Assembly: GCA_003427395.1 (NCBI GenBank)
Contig: BFEA01000041.1
Coordinates: 706,583-768,290 of the forward strand
DNA length: 61,708 nt
Source of the DNA: Chara braunii
Lineage: Eukaryota > Plantae > Charophyceae
Direction: 5' to 3'
The notes beneath the pieces were generated by a model. The model was not told the DNA's origin. It was given only the letters and a program-made list of their open reading frames with translations, and did no database searches. Below are positions 12,345 through 25,350 of this stretch, in pieces (the first letter of the stretch is position 1; the number at the start of each line of letters is the position of its first letter). Made by a program: the position numbers and the translations under genes.

Positions 12345-12435
12345 TTTTCATTTTTTTTTATTTTTATGTTTTGCTCGGGGAGGCTCCATCTTTTGGTAGG
12401 GAGCAACACCTGCTGGAAACTGGGTCCAGCGTCCC
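12345..12435 (-). mobile_element. Short retroposed LINE 3' end (module plus A-rich tail)
   Basis: Reverse complement GGGACGCTGGACCCAGTTTCCAGCAGGTGTTGCTCCCTACCAAAAGATGGAGCC. Confidence 0.7.
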
Positions 12436-13181
12436 TTAACATCTTAGGAAGGGGTAGTTTGTAAACAAACAGGAGTAACTGTTATGTAACTGTGCCACGT
12501 GTCCATCCTACTATAAACATAAGTGATCACCTGAATCGACACGCAGGCACACATCATTAATCCGATGAGCAGCATTGATGGCAGTCTAACGTCATATCCC
12601 TAGTTTGAATCCCTCATCATCTACAAAATCGCTCTTGCAGCACCCGGCGAGAAGGGGCATTCAGAATATGGGGCTAGAAGGTCAATTATAGCAAAACCTT
12701 GGACAAAGTCCGATTCCACCATTGCACTCTATTATGTACGGTTACCTGCACCATATCCCCCCCACGATCCTCATAATCCACGAATCCACTCAAGTGGGGA
12801 GGCACAGTTTACAAAGATTAATAGCCACGTGCCAACCTAATTAATCGCAGGCGTGTGCAAACAGAAAAAGTCAAAANCGTGGCAGGGCACCAATCAATCA
12901 CACAGGCGGCCCCCGTGCCAATCGTCACTTCTCCGCCTGCCCCGCCAATCAATCACACAAGCAGCCCCGATGCCAATCCTCAGTGCACTGCCTGCCCTGA
13001 CCCGTGGCCGAATCCTAAGTTGTAAAGAGCCGCAAAAATGAAAATCGCCAATTCCGCTTGGCAAGCCAATGATCAAAGACCTGAGCGAACCACAGTTGTC
13101 ATGTTGCCACGTGGCCAAAACAGGATGCGGTGAAACCCACCACTCACTTGCAACCCTGTGCATCCAGCTATCTAGCTGTCA

Positions 13182-13566
13182 CTATCCCACCCCCTCACGC
13201 CACCATCCCACTCCTGTCGCCTGCACCCAGCCTTTCTGTTTACAAATCAACCCAATCATCCTTACCACTCGCCCATCCCCCCAATCTACAGCCAAAGAAC
13301 ACAAGAAGAGCTCCAGGAGGAGGAGGGGAAGGGGGGAAGGGGAAGGAGATTGCGCAATTGAAGTTACCACCTCGTGAGCGGTGTCGTTTTTGTTATCGTT
13401 AATATTGTCGTTGTTGTTGTTGTCGTTATTGTTGTTGTTGTAGTTATTATTACTCCCTAGCGTGCTCAAGCACGGAATCCCTCCTTCCTTTCCACCGTCG
13501 CGCACCATCTCATTATTGTTGATGTCGCCAATGTTGTCGACGCTTTTGTTGTTGTTACTGTTGTCG

Positions 13567-13603
<37 letters not shown>

Positions 13604-14048
13604 GAGCAGAGGCGGTATGGGTGTCATTGTTGTGATTGTTGGTGTTGTTATTGTGGTTGTTGACGATGTAGTTGCTGGCTGCACTGAAATTGTTGTTGGT
13701 ATGGCTGCCGGTCGTGCTTGCATCGTTGTTAGCATCGTCCGTGATGCCGTCTTCGTTCAAAGCTTGCCCCTCCTCAAGCTCCTCGTTGTGGCGTTGCACC
13801 AAATTGTCCAATCGTGGCCGATCCAGAAACGCATCCAGGTGGGGGGGCGGCCCTTCCTCCAACCCCCATGATATCTCCACCAAAACCTGCATCACGCTCT
13901 GGAGCCACAGGATCGACGGGATGACTCCCGCAGCAGCAGACGATCGTAGCATCGCCACCGCCAGGCTGGACCGCACACAACTCTCTTGGACGGTTATAAG
14001 CCACTCGACCGGTTCTATCTGTAGATCACCCGAAGTCGCCATCACCAT
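13182..14048 (-). CDS. Hypothetical Asn-rich protein (may be spurious)
   Basis: 288-aa ORF; N-terminal 90 aa looks protein-like, much of the rest is (AAC)n microsatellite; no domain recognised. Confidence 0.2.
13385..13700. repeat. (GTT)n/(AAC)n degenerate microsatellite
   Basis: Direct reading. Confidence 0.9.
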
Positions 14049-14245
14049 TCGGCACTCAGTTCACCCCCACACTTGTTTTACCCCATGTCACACACCCCTA
14101 CACACCCTAGTCGTTCTTAGTAGTCGTCTTGAATGCTATCTTCCCCTTGCCCAGGCAGTGGCTGGCTGTTGGCCCGTTCTCCTGGTCTTGACTCCTTCCT
14201 GGTGTACGTTGAGGAGACATGGTCGTCTTTCCAGAACTGCACTGA

Positions 14246-14385
14246 TTTTATTTTTGTTTTTTAGTTTTAAAGCCCTTGCGTCAGCCCTCTATCCCAGCGG
14301 TGGTACGAGAACCGCCAGGATTGAGGGCTTGCTGGTCCATCTATTGGTGGCAGCGGCACCTGCTGGAAACCTGGTCCAGCTTCCC
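14246..14385 (-). mobile_element. Short retroposed LINE 3' end (same subfamily as 12177-12328)
   Basis: Reverse complement GGGAAGCTGGACCAGGTTTCCAGCAGGTGCCGCTGCCACCAATAGATGGACC, GCCCTCAATCCTGG hairpin, A-rich tail. Confidence 0.75.
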
Positions 14386-14547
14386 ATTGATACATCTTGT
14401 AGCTCAGCAGTTGTTGGTCTATCTCAAAGGGTGATGGTCCTCAGTGCTGGTCACACTGAAGTACGATAGTAGGGACAGGGGGTGCGCTGGGAGTATTAAC
14501 GTGGGGATGGGTAGGGTAGGTGGCCTATCCTGTCAGGACAACCATTG

Positions 14548-14640
14548 GCTGCCGCTACCAGCAATCACTGCAGGTCTGGTCCTTGGCCTCTACAACACCC
14601 TGGGTTTTCAAACAAAACAAAACAAAACAAAAAAAAACAG
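14548..14640 (+). repeat. Short A-tailed repeat (CCTCTACAACACCCTGGG family)
   Basis: Matches reverse complement of 11787-11872. Confidence 0.65.
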
Positions 14641-15050
14641 CTGAATAAGATAGTGGCATTTATGAGAAAGATTTCTGGACAGATGGCTAAAAAATCATTG
14701 TCAAACATGGCTATCTTCTCTTTTTTGGTCGGCGGCCGGTCAAATACAAAGGCCCTTTAGGGCCCAAATTTCCCATGTTGTACTAAATTACTTACAGAGG
14801 TATGCATACACTCTAGGAATACCTCAGGATAAACGCCCATCCAAACAACTCCAATTACAAAAGGTAAAAACATAAAAAATTCTCTTCTTTTAAATCGGAT
14901 AACTTGTGAATGAAATACGGCTTGAAATTTCCATTCAAAAAAAAAAAAAAAAAAAAAAAAAAAACAGTTGAAATTCCTCCCATCAGCTCATGCAATCCTT
15001 CGAGCAACAACTGATTGCAATGGGTTTATCCGTTCGCACTCCAAGCTACT

Positions 15051-15700
15051 TTAGACCACCAGTACTTCAGGGGCACTTTTCCGGGGCTGGAACAGCATGC
15101 ACTTAAAGAAAAAAATGAATTGGCGCGGGGGTCTTTTTGTCTGGCGCCGCCAGCCATTTTGCTCCAAAGCCCGAGCCTCGAAAGTTGGGGCTGCATACAA
15201 TCCGCATATTTCTTTTCATAGCGGGGAAACATACCGGCAATTGAAATCTGACTCCTCTCTTCTCGAGTAGTTTGACTTTGCCACACTGGTCTCCAAATTC
15301 GGTACCGAGGTCCCAAAATGCCCACGGATTGATCAATAGTGGAATGGTTTAAACCACCGGCACCTTTCTCATATATCGGAAAGGGGGCTGAATTAATTTG
15401 CTCTGTGTGCCAGAGAAAGACGAACTGACACGGATGTATCTACGGCCAGCCATTTGGCTGCAGGCCTGAACTTAGGTTTTTTTTTTTTTCAAGTGGGGAA
15501 TTTCAAAGGTACTGGTGGTTTAAACCACCAGTAGTTTGAGGCACTTTTCTCTGGGGCTGGAAATGCGCTATGTGCCCAAAAAACAAAAAAGCACCGTCAC
15601 GGGCCTCCTTTTCGCTGGTGCCACCAGCTATTTTGCTCCAGTGGCCGTGCTCCCGAAAGTTGCGTCAGGGTCTTTTTATATTTAGAACTCACCCTACTGG
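15051..15700. mobile_element. Tandem array of TTAA-type MITE units
   Basis: Nodes TTAGACCACCAGTAC (15051), GGTTTAAACCACC (about 15346), GTACTGGTGGTTTAAACCACCAGTAG (about 15509); about 140-bp direct similarity between units starting 15051 and 15521. Confidence 0.55.
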
Positions 15701-15909
15701 CTATGCAGCCAGGGGTGGTAAGAGCAGCCATATGTTGCATGCCACCAGATGACTCCTCTCTTGTGGTGGGGAGCAAGGGATCGCGAGCCTTAGGGAACAA
15801 GTCAAGAAATACTTTGAAAAAGAATAAGTAGGAATCTGTAGGATAGTAATAAAGTATAGTAAAGTTATAACCCTTTGGTTCCAACATGTGCGTGGCATTG
15901 GACCAAGAT

Positions 15910-16230
15910 CACCCAAACTTATGGAACATGTCTGGTCCTCAGCCTGGTTCATTCTCTTAAAGCCAAGGCAGAAAGAGGCTGAGCCACCCAAACTTATGGA
16001 ACATGCTCAGACCTCCTCGTTCATAACCAAAAGAAATTGAAAAAACTGAAAGTAAACAAAACGATCAAGCCACCCAAACTTATGGAACATGCTTGGTCCC
16101 TGAAAAATCAATCACAGTCAGTCCTCACAAGTCAAAGTAACCAAACCACCTTACTTATAGAACATGTCTGGTTCTCCAGGCAATTCAAAATAAACATAGC
16201 ACTGGGCCTCTCCCCAAACTTATGCAGACT
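15910..16230. repeat. Five spaced copies of CACCCAAACTTATGGAACATG
   Basis: Copies at about 15910, 15985, 16071, degenerate at about 16147 and 16213; reverse-complement homolog at about 29822. Confidence 0.8.
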
Positions 16231-16495
16231 TGCCAGCCTTTGATAGACCCAGTCAAACAAGCAAAACTGTCTTCCTCCCATCCTTCCCCCAGATGCAATC
16301 CCATAATCTGCTTTCAGCCAAACAATGAAACTGAAACTGACATTACACGTACATTCCTTTACTTAGTCAGAATCTTGTCATGAAAGTCAAACCAAAAATC
16401 AACGTAAGGGTACAGGCAGTATACTTAGTCAAACATAGCAAGAGATACCGATAGAGGTTATACTGGGTCTATAGAAGAAAAGTAATGGTTACCTT

Positions 16496-17830
16496 TTAGT
16501 TTCCTGCCTCCGGAACTCCTCCTGAGTTCCGGTAGAGCTCACGCAATCGGTGGGTTGACTCCCCACAGAGTCTTGTTGCGGTCCTACGGATTGCAATCCC
16601 GCCTGTCGCCTTCCTCTCAGAACAGGATTAGACTTAGATTAAGAAAGGCAGAAGTAGGGGTTTGAGACTCTCGAAATACAGGAGAGGGACAACTCAACTC
16701 TCAGGAGAGGGCCTTGTTGCCTTGAATAGCATGAGGGCCCCGCAATGATGGCCGAATGCGCAGCCACCGGCCAAACCAATGTCAAACTGTTGAAACAGCT
16801 TCTCCTGACAATTCCCCAAGTCGCAGCAACGACCTCCTTCCGCAGAGCTTAGTCACTCTCTCTCGCCGCAACGCCACTAGTTCTGGTCAATCTACCGCTA
16901 CACAACCATCAGCCTGCACAACACAAACTAGCGGGGACCCTGCAACAGTTGCTTGGTAGCAAGCAAGTTGAAACAACGAGAGGCAAAACCTAGTAACCAA
17001 CCGTGGCAGTAGCAACCCAACAGCAGCGCATCGTATAAGCACAACATGTTGGTGCTGCATGTGGTGATAGCTCCACACTTAGGCGGGTACCCAGTCAGAG
17101 CCTCCTTCCAGCCACTTCGCCCAGCAGAATGTACAACATACCGATCAACAGCCTAACCCTCACCTCGCATCCAGCCTCGTTGTTGCTACTTTCAGCAGCG
17201 GATAGCGTTGCCAGCCAAAGGGTGGGTCGAAAGTCTCGCAGCTTGCTTCCCGCCACTCCGATAGGACAGACAACGCACGTACAACAGTCAGGCCCATAGT
17301 CTCACGACTGACCCCACTTCATCTTACCCCGGAGAAACGAGCATTGACCTCAAAGTAAGCCTGCAAACTCCTCGGCCAGACTCGCAACTGCTCCGATGCT
17401 TTGGACGAACGACACACTCACTAGCAGGTACTCTTAGCAATCTTGCTGCAGACTTTTACTCCACTACCGATGACATCACTAGCAGGTACTCTTAGCAATT
17501 CTGCTGCAGATTTTTACACCACTACCGATGACATCACAGTCTGCGAATAACTTTTCAACTATGCAACTTGTCCCTTTTTCCACGCTCAGTAGGATAGACA
17601 ATACAACCCGCAGGTAGGTCTTCAACTCCATCCCCCCACTCTCTGCTACTCTGTGCATTGGGGCGATCAGCGCTCCGGCTAACCAGGAAAACCTCCAACC
17701 TCCGTTGCCGGCCTCCGACCGTTCCAGCTGTCGACCAATCTCCCTTCCCGGGGGTTGCTCCTCCTCACTATTCCTGTTGATAGGACGAGCATCTTCGAAT
17801 GAATCTTCCGTTGAACTATGGTGGTATACA
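16496..17830 (-). pseudogene. Highly decayed Ty3/gypsy-like gag remnant
   Basis: Across frames: EQLRVWPRSLQAYFEVN, AVDRYVVH, RLCGESTHRLRE (knuckle-like), ending PEAGN*; many stops and frameshifts. Confidence 0.35.
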
Positions 17831-20800
17831 CCGCTCTCCTACTATGCTCGCAGAGAGAGATAAAGAACAACTAGTTCCTTCGATTAGATCGACATGAATC
17901 TCTCGTCATATTACAACTAAGTTCATCCCCCGTTCCTTCACTACACCACCGTGCAGCTCACCTTCATACTAACCTTCGCCTCCGCTGACTTCCTCACCAT
18001 TTCGACTTCAACAATCGTTCCACCCCAGTCTTGAATCCCCATCCATCCTTTTCCGCTGCTCAAACTCGTTCCCTACATGGGTCAGTCTGCCAGATATACC
18101 CACTCTCCCTTCACTCCTCTGTCGACCCCTACCACTTCTACTTGCAGCACCTCACACCCGTACCAGTCGAGCCACTAGCTTATTGCAAAAACTAACGCTA
18201 CCATTGCCTTCGCCCGACCTTAAAACGTCAGGGTAACACTTTTCCCCGTTGAAATCTAAACACTATCGAGCGAGACATGCCATCTCCCACTTCTTTTCCC
18301 CTCACTCCGCCATAGCTCAACGTGCCCTGTTTTCCCACTTAACTCCTTATCTACCAACTATCTGTCAAAACTCTCTTCAGTTTCGGGGTCGCCCACCCTG
18401 AAAACCCCCATTTCAGATCCTTTCGGCCCAAATTTGACGAGGAATGAATGAGACCCGAGCGTTTTACCTCTCTCCCTCTTCTCCTTTGCCTTCGTTTAGT
18501 GCATGACCTTCTCCTCCTATCTTTGTCCCTACTAATTTCTTACTAAAGCTAGCATGAGATTTGGCTTCGCCCTCCTCGAATACCCGAGTCTCAACTCTTG
18601 CCTCACTCGATTCCATCAAGAATCGAGCGGGGTAGGCGTTTTTGTGCCTACTTCCTATCGTTTTCTCCATTGAATGTACCCGATGTCCCCGGTGTCTAGG
18701 TCCACTTACACCTTTGTTGCCTAGATTCCTACTCCGCCCCGAGCTGCACACTGTCTCAAACACCGCCGAGAGGAGCCCGACTGGTATAGATAGCACAACG
18801 AAGGCTGCGGAGGGCGCAACCCGCCTGGGAACAATTGCGGGTCCTATCAGCCTAAGAAACGGGAAGGGTGGCACTGCCGCACACTACCTACCCTTGACAG
18901 TCATGACTATTCCAACATAAAATGACGAGTACGAAGGCGCAGGCCTACTGCAAAACCTGCTACTCGGGCTCAGATTGGGCAGGTTCCGGAGCAGATTCTT
19001 GGTGATAGCGGGCAAACACCCATTCGAGAACCTGGAAGACCGACGCGGGGAAGGGTCCCACGTGAACAGCCTTGGCCTCCGCCCTGGTGCCCTCCTAATC
19101 CTTTGCGCCAGAATATGGTTCGTTATCTTTCGGGGTCCCAACGGGCATGCTCACACTAAAAAACTCTCATAGCAAACCCGCTGAGGTTTCCTGCCACTCA
19201 GGTTTATTCCGCCTCGTGGGTTGATCACCTACCGGCTCGCATGCATGTTGACCCCTTTGGTCCGCTATCTTACCCGAATACAACAGAGCAAACGTATAAA
19301 AATAAATAAATAAATAAATAACAACTGCAAAAATTTAAAGACAGAGCCGCACGACCAAGTTGAGAAAAATAGGAATGTTAATACCGTCTCGGTCCTACCG
19401 CGCAATCCTGTGGACCGCAAAACTACGGGGATAGCCTTGTCGCCGTTGTCGGGCCCTCAACTCATTGGTTTTCCCTCTCATTGCCCCAATATTCCCGTGT
19501 CGTCACCTGCTAACCTCGATCCCTAAATCTCCTAGGTGAAAGTCCGATATCATAACCGATAGCGCTAGGCGCATGCTGACCTTAGTACTAGCGGATACCT
19601 CCACAAATGGGTACTGCGCGACGCGCGGGTCTTAGACTACTGAAACGCTTCAAAAACCTCATTCTTGTTGATGCCGTCCTACGTATGTATGCACAGGTCA
19701 CAAGGCAAACGCACCAATCAAAAGACAAAAATCCTTTTAAATCCTAGTTTAATCAAAAATAAAAGTATGGTCGGCGATCACGCCGGTTCTTTAATCATCA
19801 ACAAATAAAATCACGTGCGCCTCAAAACTGCGCGCCCACACACTCTCTGCTCTAGTCAACCATTTAGCCTAACATAAACCATAGACACGGTCGCGCCCTC
19901 ACGTGTTATACTTAACCTTTAAACCAAACTTAATTCCCGTCACTTGCAAAAAAACAGGGCGGATACCCTTGCAAGGGTATTCGCACCGACAGCGCCTGGG
20001 ACTTCAGCCCCCCAGTGCGACAGTTCGTGTGCGGGTCCGATAGAGGTGTGTGACCGCGCATGCCCCCTATGCTACATCGAACGAGAAACGCCCTCGGTTG
20101 GTCCACCTCTGCGATTGCAACTGATTAACTTTCGTATTGTGGACTGGTAGCTCGACGGGGATATATCCACCGATGGGAGGTGACAACTCCCGCAGGTGGA
20201 GGTAAAGTTGTACCTCACGTTGACCCTACTCTGTCGTAGGGGCTCGCGAGAGGTATGACTGGCGCACTCGGATGGAGCTGCTTACGGAAGCTCCATGTGT
20301 ATCACAACGAGGTAGACCAACTCTTGCGTGACGCGGTGTCTAGCGCATCGGCCCTCGCGCGAACGAGGGCCCTCCCGGCCATGTCACGCAGAAGTTAAAC
20401 AAAAACAAAGCCAACTTGAGAAACAACTTGAGAACGATGCAAAATAATTCCCGTGAGCCGTCGAAATGGGTGCGCGGTCGCATCGTTCCTTCGCCGCTCT
20501 AGCCAAATGCGTCAGCGGTACATCCCATGGTCCCCTACGACAGCGGCCGGGAGGGTCCCGCACTACGTGGGACCGATGCGCTCGATAACGGCAACCAAAC
20601 CCTGACATACAAAAAAAAAAAAAAAAAAAAAAAAAACACGGTTTTTCTATGGATGTAAGGGTGTCACCCCCTGCTTTCAAGTCACCTCCACGGGCGTTCT
20701 TACGTTAAGGTCCGTTGTGGTTGGGCGGTCCTTTCTTTTGTATGGCCCACCCTTACGGCGGCGAATATGAAATCAAGTTGGACTTTTTTTTCTTCGTGAT

Positions 20801-21283
20801 TAGGGAGGGGTGAAACGATGAAAACCTTACATGTAAGGTTTTTGTAGTGGTCACGGTGTCGAACGAGACCCTTATTCGGGGGAAAAAGGTAGCTCAGTTG
20901 CTTATGGCTGGTAGAGTACAGGCGGGGCCGAAAGGCGAGGTTACGTGGTTGGTCTCTTGACGAGACCACGGGGCAAGTCCCATCGAGTTTCCTCAACGCA
21001 TGAATCTGGACGTGTTCGTGGAGATGTGCAGAAATCACGTCGAGTTTCCTCAACCGCACATCTCCGCAAACATGTCGAGGGAAGCATGCCCGGTGTGAGC
21101 ATGTAAATACGCACGATCTATTTATATTATATTATTATTTATTATTATTATTATTATTTTTTTTTTTATTTTTATTTTTTAATGTTGGAAATCGTGTCCA
21201 AGCATGATTTAATGAAGTTCATCGAGCATGTGCAGAAGCAATTGTCCATTGCGTATCTCCATCTTCTTCGTCTTGTTCTTCAG

Positions 21284-21449
21284 GGCCGAGGTCCCACTAG
21301 CAAGAAGGATAGGATCGAGCGCCTGAATCTGGACGTGTTTTATGCAGAGATGCAGAAGAGCAGTTCAATCTCGACTTCTCGCACATCTCCATAACCTCTT
21401 TCAGATTCAGGCATTCAATCCGATCCTTTTTGCTCGTGGGACGACGCCC
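21284..21449. mobile_element. Hairpin MITE, PIF/Harbinger-like (GTCCCACTAGCA family)
   Basis: Imperfect TIRs, 3-bp TSD CAG; homologous to 52711-52880 and 55078-55233, partial copy about 20971-21080. Confidence 0.65.
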
Positions 21450-22459
21450 CAGTTGGCAACTTGGTACACCCCCGAGCCGTTGAAATGCTGACCTGAGTTC
21501 AAAGTCCACTTAAGGGTGACGAGTAAAATACTAAAAAAACAAAAAAACAAAAAACTACAATTCTTAATTTAATTTAGTCCCACCGCCGAAGTTGAGTTTT
21601 CTGACATTGACCATAGTAAACTCCTTCTCGTTTGATAAAGATGGAAGTCTGATTTAAAGACCAGGTAATGCTGGTACGGTGATGGTGAAAGAGCGGGTGA
21701 TAGGCTTTGAGTTTCCTCAAGTGCACCTTTGCCCAAAGATGTGCAGACTGGTGGTTTATGGAGATGGAGAGAACCGGAAAAGCAGAGCAAGAGTGGAGCG
21801 TTAGCGCCGGGAAGGCAAGGCCTGGAACGACGGGCGACAGTGTGGACCCGCAACCGGTAACGGAGAGGGTCCGACCACGATAGCCTGGAAGTTGTTGAAG
21901 CCAAGGGGTGGACTACACTAGGGATGTGGTCGTCGTCTTCATCAACTCCGAGGCCGAAGACCAACTGTAGCCACCCGCCCGCCTCACCTCACCCCTCCTC
22001 TTCCCAAGGCTCCTCGGTGGTATCTGCGAAGAGTTCTCCGGTGGACGTCCAGCGAAGTGTTAGTGAGGTAAATAACTGCAGGGTTGGAAGGAAGCGGTCG
22101 TGTTCTCAAGCTACTCAAGAGATTCACCAGCCGCTGTTGTTTGCTGGGGAAGACGATAGTAGAGGTTTAAATCCTTCTCGTTGCTCAGATGCTCCGGAGA
22201 GTTGACCTCTACGTATACTAGGACCAATTATTGAAGCCACTATATATTTATAATTATGCACAAAAGTTATAATTTAAGTAAGATAGTAGTGTTGTTTTTC
22301 AGTCTCCTTGCCATGGCGTCCTCAGATAGGGGGGAAACGAGTTCCTGGATCTCCTCTCCTCCGTCCGTTGCGAACAAGTAAAGAGTCAGAGCCTGTTTGA
22401 ATGCATGTTTTGTGGATGGAATACTCCTTCCCCGTTTGGTACCTAGAAAAATGACTTCG

Positions 22460-24831
22460 GGGGATGACTTCGTGGAAGTGGAAGTCAATGTCGAACTGCT
22501 TCTCCTTCAAGCTGAATGACTCAGCGATCATGCTGTGTCGATCTTCTTTGGAGAGGACTCATCATCCCTCCCTGTGGGTGTGAAAAATACGATTGCCTGA
22601 GTCTATGAGAATGCATGGGCGACATCCGGGGCTACGGGGGCTCCTCCAAAATGAGGAGTCTTCCGAAATGAAGGTAGAAACTTAGTAACATACGTAGCGT
22701 CGGCTAAGCAGATCTCGACTTGGATGTGGAGGAAGGGGGAAGACAGAATTGAATTAGAGAAAAAACTCTACACCCTAACCTTCCGCCCGTGGATGTCGGA
22801 AAGACAACTAGAAGATTGGCGCGACACAATGAGACTGATTTTTTTTTGGATCAGATGCCATGATGTTCCGGTTTCTGCGATGGGCCCGTTAAAAAGGGTG
22901 ATTGAAGACGCTTTTGGAACGGTAACTAAAGACCACCCCCCTTATAAGAACTACCTATCGCCGGACCTTAGAGACATCCAGTTTGACCTGGTCCCGACGG
23001 CTAAACTAAAATACAAGAAAAAGCTTATTACGAACCAAAAACAATTTGGGCGAACGGAAATCGACGTTACTTGTGCTACCACTCCGTGGTGTGCACAGTG
23101 TAGATGGCACTTTCACGAGGAAACTGATGAGTCCTGTCCCGCAAAAAAGAAGAAACAAAGGGGAGAAAGGAACAGAGAAGAGGAAGAGAAGGGAGGACAG
23201 GGAAGTGGAAAAGAGGACAAAGAAGGTACGAGAATAGATGGGAAAGATAAGGAAAAGGAACATCCGATGGAAGAAGGGAAAGACCAAGCTGTGGAAAAAA
23301 ACAAGGATAAGGAGGCGGAGAAGGAGGGATAGAAAGGGGAAGAAAAGGAAGGGAGAGGAAGTGAGGAAGAAAAACAACCGGTGGGGAAGGGGGAACAGAA
23401 AGCGGACAATGAGAAAGAGAGGGAAGGAGGTGAGATAAAAAAGGGTATTGGATTGCAGGTGACACATCCGCAGAGGAAAAAAGAGAAAACGAAGGGACAA
23501 GGGATTGGAGAAGTCAAGGGAAAGGGGAAAGGAGGCGGTAAGGACAAACTCAAATGGAAGGCGAAAATGGGGAGCGTAGCTAAGCCGTCAGAAGCCCGCA
23601 CGGCTACTCGCTCGAAAGAAGTTCGTATTGTACTTAAGGATTCCCCATTTATTTTCGAAGGGGCGAAAGCGGGAAAGGTAAAAAGGAAGTCCAAGAGGGG
23701 AAAACATCACTCCTCAAAAGAGAACCCATTCTTAAAAGGGTCGAATGAAGACTGGGATATGGAATCAGAAAATCAATCCCGATTCATTCAGATGGGGAAG
23801 CAAAGTCGGAAGAAGAAGTAAGCCTAACTCAAACTCATCGGGATAAGCACAGGTCCTCCACTTGTGAGGACTATCTGGAACTTATAGTCCGAGGCTTTTT
23901 CAGTGAGGAAAAGATTCAATTTGGTCAGCAAATGCTGAATCCAAAAAAGAAAATGTGCATTAAAGATCGGGCAACACTTTCAAGTTTGGTAGACTCTGAG
24001 GAGCTACAGACAATGGAAGACCAGGCTGAAAATCAAGTGGAAATGGAAACTTCTTACAAAAGAAGCCGGCAGCCCGGGCAGGGTAGTTTAGAGATCCCTC
24101 GAGGGGAAGTACAGGCGGAACTGATCACGAAAACCATATGGGGTGACGAGCCCGGAAAGAAAAATCGTAAGGCAAGAAAGGCAAAAAAAACCTTGGCTGA
24201 CGCACACCCAATGGTTACCCCAACAAAAGATGATTTGGCCAATGGTCGAATTAAGGAGTACTTTGTGTCACTAATCTGCGCTGACTCCCCACAGGGAGTA
24301 ATGATTCTGTCTGAAAGATCGACAGAAGAAATTATGGTGATCACAGCGATTGAAGTTACTGTTGTAGTCACGGAGGACCAGGCCCTCGCTCTCGCGAGAG
24401 AACAAGTGCTCCACCTCCAGGGGTTTTATACTCTGATCCCAAACCTGCGGATGGGAAGACATATAGTTACTCTACCAGATGCTGGATGGAAAAAAACTCA
24501 TTCTGCACATTGCCTTCCTTAGTCTGCACTCGATCTCAGACTCGTTTGCGAAACAATGTCTCGAACGCACCCTATAGGTGCCTCTCGGGGATTGAACAAC
24601 ATTGATCCATTGGTAAACATTCGATTAATTGAGCAACTCTCTGCAAAAGTGATTGCAGAATGGATCAAAATAATTGACGCAGGTCCAACTCTCCTAACCC
24701 CCTCCTTTAGGGCCAAGGTGGTGGCAATGAGCCAAGCGCAACTTGAAATGTGGAAAGATGAGGAACCAAGGGGAAATGCTACCCGCATCCAACCTATCAG
24801 CGGTGTCCCGCAATCTGATGGTCCTACCTAA
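22460..24831 (+). pseudogene. LINE-B ORF1 (RRM-like region, CxxC...H...C, basic/acidic linker, C-terminal domain)
   Basis: LTFRPWM..FFWIRCHDVP..PWCAQCRWHFHEETDESC; fragments 22724, 23381, 23932, 24556; true start probably further upstream. Confidence 0.7.
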
Positions 24832-25350
24832 AACGGTACGACTGGTCAGTTGGAATGTCAAAGGACTCCGGGACACTTCTGATAGACATAAAAAAACATG
24901 ATTAAAGGCTTGGTTCTAGTTTGAACAAGTTCATATCCTGTGTGTTCAGGAAACAAAAATGAAGGCAGAAGAAATTCAGGATGCAAGAGCCTGGTTGGGG
25001 GGGCCTTAGTTCTGGGCCCCAGCAGACGGTACCAAGGGGGGAGTAGCAATTTGAATACATAAGGACCTTGACTGTCTGATCCTCGACCATTATGAGGACC
25101 CGGGTAGCAGATGGGTCTGGGTGAAATTCACTATTGATTCCGAGGAATGGGCGATGATGATGATCTACGCCCCCACTGATTATATTATATAGAAATAACC
25201 ATAATTTTTTTGAATTTTGTCCAACCTTCCAACCATCATACCAGATACAGAAAATCTCTCGTTGTTGGGGTACTGGAATACAATCCTGAACCCAGGACTG
25301 GACTCTCCACAGTCCTCTCCTCTCAGACAAGACAGTCCCGTACTACCTTT

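Larger units (their letters stand above)
15750..20585 (-). mobile_element. Large unclassified element, copy 1 (long terminal segment 19992-20585, decayed gag-like region; left end not identified)
   Basis: 19400-19991 is the reverse complement of 27587-28150; 19992-20585 aligns directly with 33348-33712 and ends at the same GACCGATGCGCTCGA|TA. Confidence 0.7.

Noticed and set aside
11787-14640. Mirror arrangement of two repeat pairs around the Asn-rich ORF, suggesting a composite transposon
   Set aside because: The repeats are A-tailed retrocopies, the intervening sequence is not symmetric, and there is no TSD
1310-15700. CRISPR-like repeat-spacer array from the 26-bp palindrome
   Set aside because: Eukaryotic context, spacers of 120-150 bp, at most about 4 nodes, no cas genes; the TTAA MITE model fits better
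23124-23160. CTGATGAG hammerhead ribozyme core
   Set aside because: No stem II pairing before GAAA; it encodes ETDES within ORF1
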